Below, piece by piece: positions 54,001-63,000 of a stretch of DNA of 64,000 nucleotides. Location: assembly GCA_964354545.1 (NCBI GenBank), contig CAYHAE010000003.1, positions 25,019-89,018 of the forward strand, read 5' to 3'. Below the pieces are notes generated by a model. The model did no database searches and had not been told where the DNA came from. It saw only the letters and a program-made list of their open reading frames with translations. The position numbers and the translations under genes were made by a program. Numbering within the stretch: position 1 is the stretch's first letter; each line of letters opens with the position of its first letter. Source of the stretch: an uncultured Planctomycetia bacterium. GTDB taxonomy: Bacteria > Omnitrophota > Gorgyraeia > 2-01-FULL-45-10 > JAHFGN01.

Positions 54001-57000
54001 GCAAGGTAGTCGCAAGGCAGGATATACAGCAGGGTACCGTGATGCGCATCGATACGACGACCCCGCCCGCCCCCGGTACTATCGCCGGTGGCGTACGCGC
54101 CGTTACCTATGACAGCGCCGGGAACATGCTAAAGGATTCGGTCGTGCAGCTCGGAAGGGGAGGACAGATACAGGAATACGCCGCGCAGAGGTACGAACAG
54201 GTTGAAGGCGAGATCATGGTCGGTGGACAACAGGTATCAGTGGGAATGAACGGCACGAAGGTCACCGAGACCGTCCAGGGCCGCATGGTCGAAGAAAATT
54301 ATATGGACGAATCGGGAAGGCTGGTCGCCACGCGCAACCTCGAGAACCAGAACGTAACGGTGTACACGGGCTACACCCCGGCAGGCAGCGGTGTCGAGTA
54401 CGCCACCGCCGTCACCTATGACGGGACCGGCAATGCGGTGAGGGACACTACCGTATACCGCGGAGCCGAAGGCCAGATCCGGGAATCCGTCTCCCAGACG
54501 TACGAACGCGTCTCGGGTCAGCAGACGGTCGGTTCAAGGACGGTCCAGTATGGAAACGATGCCACGCGGGTGGCGCAGTATGATGAAACCGGAAATAAGG
54601 TACAAGAGATGGTCCGCAGCGCCGACGGTAGATCGGCCGCCCTCTGTGATGCCCAGCAGACCACCACTGTCTACAGCACCTCGCCTACAGGAGAAGTGAC
54701 GGCGACAACGTACAGCAGGGCAGGGACAGTGCTCGAGACCGCCACCGGCTACTACGCCAACAATGCGTTCTATATGGCTTCTGACGAAGAGAATAATAAG
54801 TATATCCAACTCAAATCCGACAGCATTGAACATATGAGCACGCCCATGGCAGAGGTACAGGGCGCCTACAACGAGCAGTCACAGCAGTTCGAGGTCGCCG
54901 GCGCCCTCCAGACCCAGGAGAGCGGCGTCTTTGGCGAGGTTGCGCTCGGTTCCCAAACCTTTGCCGTGGAGAACGGCACACGGGCCACATACTATGACAC
55001 GCGCGGAAGGGAAATTGAGGTGCTCGCCGGACAGGACGGACGACCTCTCGCCGCACGCAATGCCGACGAAGGGACCGTGACCGTCTACGATGGCTACGCC
55101 CCGATAGGGAGCGCCGCGACCGAAAGGGTGAACGTCGTCACCTATGGAAGCACCGGCGACGTGCTCGAGAGCACGGTGGGTTACCGTTCAGACGGCAAGT
55201 TCTATGTGCCTGTTTCCGGAGAGAATGAACAGGGGCGTCTCTACTACCAGTATAATTCCAACGATGTGAATGCGCCTGAGGCCCTGGTCCAAGGCGGATA
55301 CAGTGAAACGATCGGAGAGTTCGTCGTAGATACGCCGGTCGAAGAGTATCAGTACGCCGTCACGGGCACAAAGACATTAGGGACGGTGGGGGATGTCACG
55401 CTCCAAAATGCGAGAAGGATCGTACAATATGACCCAGAAGGATACCAGGACGGAGAGCTTTACGTTGATTCCGCCGAAAGGCCGATCGCTGAATGGGATG
55501 TTGAGAACGATGCCGTGACCAGATACGAGTATACCCCTGTCGATGCGATGGGAACCGCACGGGCGAATACCGTCACCTATGACGGGTCAGGAAACGTGAT
55601 GCGGGATTCCATCGGCTACTTTGACCCGACAACGGGCAGCGTCCAGGAAGCCAGGGCCGTACAGTACCAGCGCGGTGTCTCGGGTACGGTAACGGTCGGG
55701 CGGCAGGAGCTCTCATTGTCAAACGGTACCATGATGACTGTACAGAGAGGCGAGGATCAGATCGGGAAGACCTACGCCGATTCGTACGGCAGGACCGTTG
55801 CCGCGGAGGACCTCACGAGGGGCACCTACACCCTGTTCGAGGAGTACACGCCGACAGGCGCCCCGGGCACCGAAGCGTTCAGAGCGACGACGTATAATAA
55901 CACGGGAGTGAAGGCAGGGAGCTTCGAAGGGTACCGCACCAGCGACAACACCATCTATGCGCGTGTCGAAGGAGAAGAGGATACATACCTCACATATCAA
56001 TCCGGCATGATGGACGCGCCCACCGCTAAGGTCCGGGGAGCGTTCAACGAGGAGACTCAAGAATTCGAGGTCTCCCAGACGGCCCAGATGTACCAGGATA
56101 GTTACACAGGCGCCGAGGCGGTAGGCCAGCAGGAAATCGTGTTTACAGACGCCGCACGATTCGTACGCTACGACCAATCCGGCAGCGCGGACGAGGCGAT
56201 CTACTATAACAAGCAAAGCGGGACGCCAATGGCGGCACGCAATTACGAAAATGGCACCATGACCGTATTTGACGGATTTACTCCCGCGGGAAGCGGCGCC
56301 GGCGTCGCGACGTTCAACGGAATGACCTATGATAATGAGGGGAATACGGCCGACAGCTTCAGCGGCTACTATGCGAACGGGAACCTCTACAGGCCCGTTG
56401 AGGGCAGGGAGGAAGAGGGCCTCTACTACCAGTATCGGTCCGACGATGTGTACAATCCGACAGCCATGGTACAAGGCGGGTTCGATCCTTCGACAGGAGA
56501 CTTTGGCGCCTCTATGCGCGAGATGTATGAATATGAGCTGGAAGGTACGCAGGATGTAGGATTCGGCGCAGGCGCATATCCCGGCGGCGACGCGTATCCC
56601 GGAGGCGGCGCGTATCCTGGAGGCGGCGCATATCCCGGCGGCGAGTATTCTGGCGGCGGCGCGTATCCCGGAGGCGGCGCGTATCCCGGAGGCGGCGCAT
56701 ATCCCGGCGTCGGCGGCGGTTCTTCGAGGCGGACAAGCGCGGCATTGCCTGCGCCGAACGTTACCCTATTCGATGAGAGCAAGCGCGCCGATACCGACGG
56801 CGACGGGCTTACCGACTACATGGAGACGACCATTTATAATACAGACCCTGAGAAGGCGGATACGGACGGCGATGGATTCTCGGACGGCGAAGAGATAGTG
56901 CACTACGTCCCGGATCCCGTGACGGGGCTCATGACCCTCGGAGGCAGGCGTTATACGGTACAGGTGAACGACAGGATAAACAGGGCGAACGCGGATATTG

Positions 57001-60000
57001 ACCGCTCCGGCGCGATAGACGTTGCGGACTGGAAGGCGCTCAAGGACGCGATCGCGCAACAGCCCACGAGGGACATCGACGGAGATTCTTACGTCACGTC
57101 GTTGGACGTCGAGCTCATGAACAGCATCCTCGACGGCATACTCCGAGGCCTCATCATTCAGCCCGGGGACTACAGGAAGCTCGATATCAACGGTGACGGC
57201 GCAGTGGACTCAAAGGATTGGACCGACATAGAGACCGCCGTCACCCAGCTCATCATCGGCGAGAGGAACCTGGTGGGCGGTCCGGAGATCGCCAGAGAGG
57301 ACCTCACGAGGGCGATCGAGGTACGAAGGTTCGTCGCGCTGCTCGGCGATGTGGACGAAGACGGAGACGTGGACACCGGTGACATCACGGAGGCGATCGC
57401 GAAATACGATACCGATGCGGATTGGCTCATCACCGACGCGGACAGGCAGAACGTGTTTGACATCGTTTCCACCATCTACAAATACGACGTCAACGGAGAC
57501 CTGAAGATCACCGCCGACGATTTAGGCGCGGTAGATGTGGTGAAGGAATACTATGACCTTGGGATGAGCGTGAGCTCGCAGGAATACGCGATCGCGGACA
57601 TCATACCGGATGAGGTCGTCGATCAGGCGGACCTCGCGAAGTATGACAGGCTCACGCGGGAGCTCGACGTGAACCACGATGGAAGGGTGGATGGCACCGA
57701 CATCGATATGATCGGCAAGGCGATCGAAGGGAACCGGCTCGCGCAGAGCGTATTCAGCCCGATGCTTGTAGCGCGGTTCGACCTCGCGGACTTCCTGCCG
57801 CAGAATATCACGAGGCACATGGAGGCCATGGAGAGCGTGCTCAAGACCATGGCGGACATCGACGGCGACGGGAAGGTGACGGCGTACGACAGCGAGGTCT
57901 ATTGGAAGCTGTACGACGGGTACAAGCGCTCCACGCTCCTGCCGCAGGCTGAGGTGGTGAGGTTGAAGGACCTCGTTGCCGCGCGCGGCGTTCCTTCGCT
58001 TGCCTCGATATCCTTGGCGGATATCGATAGTGTCGGGGGAGTGACGCTCGGGGACAGAGACCGCCTGAGAGCGATGCTTGAAACGGTTCAGAGGGCGGAC
58101 CTGGACTTCTCAGGGACCCTGGACCTGAACGATCTCATTCGGTTCTACGATATCGTCGAGTCTCAAGGGCTCGGCGTCACGAAGGCGGACACGCAGAACC
58201 TCGTCCTCTACGATATCAGCGGCCCCGAGGGAATCCCCGACGGCAGGATCGACGACAAGGACCTCATCGACCTCACCTATGCGATAAGGAATTACCTGAA
58301 ATACGACATATACGGACCGACAGGTTCGCCCGACGGCAAGGTCGATGCGTGGGATATCGAGCTTATGGACAAGGCCCTGGACTATCAGCGCCTGAAGTTC
58401 ATCCTGGACGACCAGGATGTCATGAAGGTCCTCTTCACTGTCATTGAGGATAAGAATGAGGACGGCAAGAAAGACGGGTCCGATATCGATACGGACGATA
58501 ATAAGGAGATCACCATCGATGAGCTCTACGCCGCGGTCGAGCCTGCGATCCAGGCGGACATCATAGGCACCATGAAGGGCCTCGCGAAGTGGACCGTGGA
58601 CGTGAACGAGGACGGCGCATTCGATTACAAAGACGTCCTTGCGGTGATGGGTTCTCTAGAGGTGATGAAGGCAGGCTACAGCCTCGAGCAGATCACGCAG
58701 GTCGACATCAACTTCGACGGAGCGATCAACAAGTTCGACGCATTCATCTATGAAGATACGTCAAAGGGAGGAGGCTATGACATCAACAGGGATCTGAAGC
58801 TCGATGCCGCAGACCTCGCGCGTTTGGACACGTATTACCGGCACGGATATTATACTTCGTGGGTCATACGCGCCGATGTGAACGAGGACGGCATGATAGA
58901 TGCGGCGGACGCGGTCGATATCCAGCACGGAATGGACTGGCATAAGGACCTCACGAGAGACGGCGAGGCCGGCCTGTCAGACCTGCCTAAACTCGATAGT
59001 ATCATCGAGGCGGCCGGCTACGGGTATGGCGCGAGAGACGTGCTGCGGGGCGACCTCGATAAGGACAGCTGGCTCGGAGAAAAGGACAAGGATATCTTGA
59101 AGGACGAGATAGAGAAGATCAGGAAGTATGACCTTAACGGCGACGGCAGGGTGAACCCGCTGGACCTCGCGTTTGCGTACGATGTGGTGGGGGTGCATCC
59201 CATCGACCTGCTCACGAACTATGCGAATGACCTGCAGGCGCTCTTTACCCAGATCTCGGGCGTTCAGTCGAGGTCGGAGGCGGACGTCCTCGTGAACCTC
59301 GCGAAAGGCACCCTCGACAGCGCCACGGATATGCACGCGACGATCACCGGGATCGCGTACTACATGCCGAACAGGACCCTCGCCGCAGACCTCGCGCTGA
59401 GTGCGGGAACGGAGCTCGGCAGGGCCCAGGATCTCTATTCCGATATCGTGGGGGTCGCGGATTCCAAACAGGATATCCCTCCCACGGATATAGAGGTGGT
59501 ACGGGGCCACAACGACTCGGTCACTGACCTCGCGGCCGCTATTTCCCGCGCCCCCTCATACGCAGTGGCGTCACGGCTCCTCGGAGTCGCGAATTCCATC
59601 CTGGACCTCGCTGTCCAAAAAGAAGCCGACATCCAGGCCTCCGGGACCGAAGCGGACAAGGAGGAAGCGGCGCGCCTCGTCGAGAGCATCCGGGAACTGA
59701 TCGCCCAGGCCGGCGTGGCCGCAGGGGATATCGATGCGGCAGAGACCGCGCTCAAGGGCATTGCCGATATAGGGGATTCCACACAAGAGGTGATGAACTC
59801 CCTCGCAAAGATGAGCGCGGTGACGGACGACCCGGCCATTGCGGACGCCGTGGCGCAGACGGCAGCGACACAGTTAAAAGAGGCGGAGGACCTATTCTGG
59901 AACGCCGAGGGCATCCTCGCGGACAATCCTCGCAATGAGCTCGCGAAGAAGACAGTCGCGTCGCTCGGTGCGATGGTGACCCAGCTGAAGGCGGCGCTCA

Positions 60001-63000
60001 TAGGTATCGAGGAGAAGGCATTCTCAGCCGCGGCAATCATAGACAGCGGCGCGGGAGCCCTCACGGAACTCGGCAGGGATGCCGACGCGGTCGCGCTCTC
60101 TATCGCGTACGTCGCGCTTGTCCTTGCGCTCAACGATGCGAAGAGGTTCGCGAACTCAACCTACGCGGCCGCGCTCGCGAGAGCCCCCGACTCAACAGAG
60201 CTCATCGCATCCCTCGAGGCCCTTCTCGTCGACGGAAGAAATGACAGGGAATGGGCAGCAGCGCTCCTCTCTACCCCAGAGTTCATCGCACGAAACCTCA
60301 CAGACGAAGATTTCATAAGGGCCGCGTTCATGACCATACTCTCGCGAAATGCCTCACAGAACGAGGTCAACGGCTATCTCATCAAGTTAGCGACGAGCAC
60401 CATTACGAGAGACGGCATCGTCACCGAGCTCGTGAGTTCCACCGAGCCCTACACTCCCGTTGCAACCACCCTCGACGCGCACAAGAACAGGTTCTACGAG
60501 CTGGACATAGAGGTAGGTTCCGTTGTGGACGCCTTTGCGGCAGACCTTTCATCGATGAGCCTCTTCGCGACCGCCGTGCGTGATGTCGCAGGAAAAGTGA
60601 AAGATAAGGCGAGCCGTACGCTCGTCCTGTTCGAGAACCTCACGCACGAACATCCGTACAATTCGGCCCTCGCCGATAACTATGACATCGCCGAATCCAT
60701 TGTCGATGTCCTCCAGTCCTCGCTCGGAGAGCTCAACGTGCTCACAAAGACGATGGGCGCGGTGGGGCGTACGTCGGTTGCGCACGACGCGTACGGCGAG
60801 TTGGCGCTCGCCTACAAAGACGTTATAGAAAGGACGCGCGGGATGGTGAAAGGCCTGGATGACGAGGCGAAGCTCCTGAACACAATACCGCAGTTCCGCA
60901 TCCTCGATGTGTCGAACCTCGTGTCGGAGTCGGCGCTCGACGAACTGTGGGCGCTCTCGAGACAGACGGCCATCGATCAGCTGGCGTCCGTGGACACGGC
61001 GAAGGCGGCTGCGGACACATCGGCAGCCTTCTCCAGCGAGGTGACGGCTATTAGGGATGGCGCGGAGAGCATCGCAACGCATGGGGATACCCTAAGGATC
61101 GCGGCGGAGAGGCTGAACCAGACGGCGAGGCAGATGGTAGGGGCCCCCGAATCGTCGAAAAATAGCGCCCAGGCGATATCGTACGTCGACGCGGTACATG
61201 ATATTCAGAACGCCGTGCAGTATTACAGGGCCTCGCTCGAAACGCTCAGCGCCCAGTATGCGGACGACGTAATGATCGCGCAGAACCTCTCGGCCGCGAC
61301 CGCGCTCGTCGGCGAAATCGGAACAAGCGTACAGGACATAGAGACCGGTTCGACGACTCTCATCGATGCCGAGTCGCTCGCAGATGAACTGCTCACCCTG
61401 GCCAAGAAGGACAGGGAGTTCATGGAGAGATCGCTGGAACTGGTGAGGCGTTCCGAAGAAGAAGATGATCTCGTAACGCTCTCGTACGGGATGGGCGTCA
61501 TACTCGAGAGGGTTAAGGACAACGCGATCCGCATCTCTCTCCTCGCGGCGAGCCATCCGAACGATGCCCTTATCAAGGTAGGATACGATGTCATCTCCAT
61601 GATACGGAAGAACGCGGATGCCGCATACGGAGAGGCCTCGAGCAAGCTCGCCTCGGTGATGGTCGCGAAGACAAAAGGCGTATGGTTGAGGGACAGGGCG
61701 GCCGCGGCGGTGAACGATGTACAGGGGGTCTCCACGTATGCGTCAACGGTAACAGACGTCCAGACATTGGCGACGCTGCAGGAGATCGCGTCCGCCATGC
61801 TCGAGCCCATTAAGGAAGGCAAGACGGCGCTCGAAGGGCTCTCCAGCGAAAATCCCGCTGATGCGGCCATTACAGCCTCACTCGCAGAGACAGAGGGCTT
61901 CCTCGAAAGCGCACAAGGGTTCATCGATGCGATCGGGAGCAGGCTCGAGACCCTCGCGACGGCCGCGACACAAGGCGAGAGCCTTGTCGATTCGATGAGG
62001 CTGCAGCTGGAGCTCATGAAGAAGGCGTTCGACATCGCGACCCTGGAGCAAGATCCGAAGGCCGCGAAGCTCCTGTACGATCTGAGCCTCTCTTCCCAGG
62101 CAGAGTTCGAACGGGTTCGAACCCTTGCGACCGGATATGGGGTGAACGCCGACATCATCTCGAAATTGGACACCGAGGTCGCCGATTACATGGATAGGCT
62201 GGAGAAGAGGGCCGCACGGGCGAGCCTCGAAGGGATAGCGGCGCTTACGCGTGACTACAAGATCTTTGCGAACGTCTTAAAGGCAGAGGTCGACGTGGCA
62301 AGTCCTTCGGACGCAAAAGGCCTCATTGAGCTTGCGCGCGGCGTGCTTGAGAAGACGGACGTGCTCGTCGCGAGCGCGAAGGCCTATGCGGCACGTTATA
62401 CTACCGACTCCGCGCTGCAAAACCTGCTCACCTCTGCCCTTAATAACAGGACGTCCATCGCCCAGGGCATCGTCGCGATGAACCAGAAAGTCCTCACGAT
62501 AGAAGGCGTGGAGACGAACTGCGTGAATCTCGCCGATGTCGCGAAGGTCAACCTGCGGACGGCAGAGTCGATGAAGTTCTTTGCCCAGGGGGCCTACGCC
62601 CAGCAGGACCTCGTGAAGATCGCTGCCGCTCGGGAGATCGCACAACGGGCTCTCCTCAAGGCCAACGAGGCTGCCGTGATCGCCACTCAGCTCGCCACTG
62701 ATAATTTCGAGAATATCGCGATGGATACCCAGAGGCAGTTGGCTACGGCATATAAGAATTCGATAAGAGACAGCGAGCTCTTTGCGATAGAGAGCCTCAG
62801 GGATGTCCTTGCCCAGCAGATCGCCGATGAGAGAGGGGTCGGGTGGACAAAAGAAGACGTCATAAGGGAAGCGGTTGAGTCATACGAAGGCTTGAGGGAG
62901 GACTACGCCGACATTCTTGATGCGAAGGTAGCGGCGATAGCCTCTGAGGGCAATCTCGAGTATGCAAAAGAAGAGAGGAACTCCGGAGAGATCGCGAATG

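Noticed and set aside
44625-56560. Classical Rhs / polymorphic-toxin locus (YD shell + RHS core + C-terminal toxin + immunity gene).
   Set aside because: YD repeats are present, but I could not find an RHS-core PxxxxDPxGL motif or any toxin-like C-terminal domain. The ORF continues for more than 7 kb into Ca-loop and helical regions, and there is no downstream small immunity ORF. I therefore treat the YD repeats as structural.
56566-56715. Possible CRISPR array or other non-coding tandem repeat.
   Set aside because: The repeats are 18 nt, contiguous with no spacers, in frame within the ORF, and encode AYPGGG. No cas genes or leader are present.
56426-56782. Minus-strand ORF encoding PGYAPPPGYAPPP..., which could be read as a proline-rich or collagen-like protein.
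   Set aside because: It is simply the reverse complement of the in-frame (AYPGGG)8 microsatellite of the giant plus-strand ORF.
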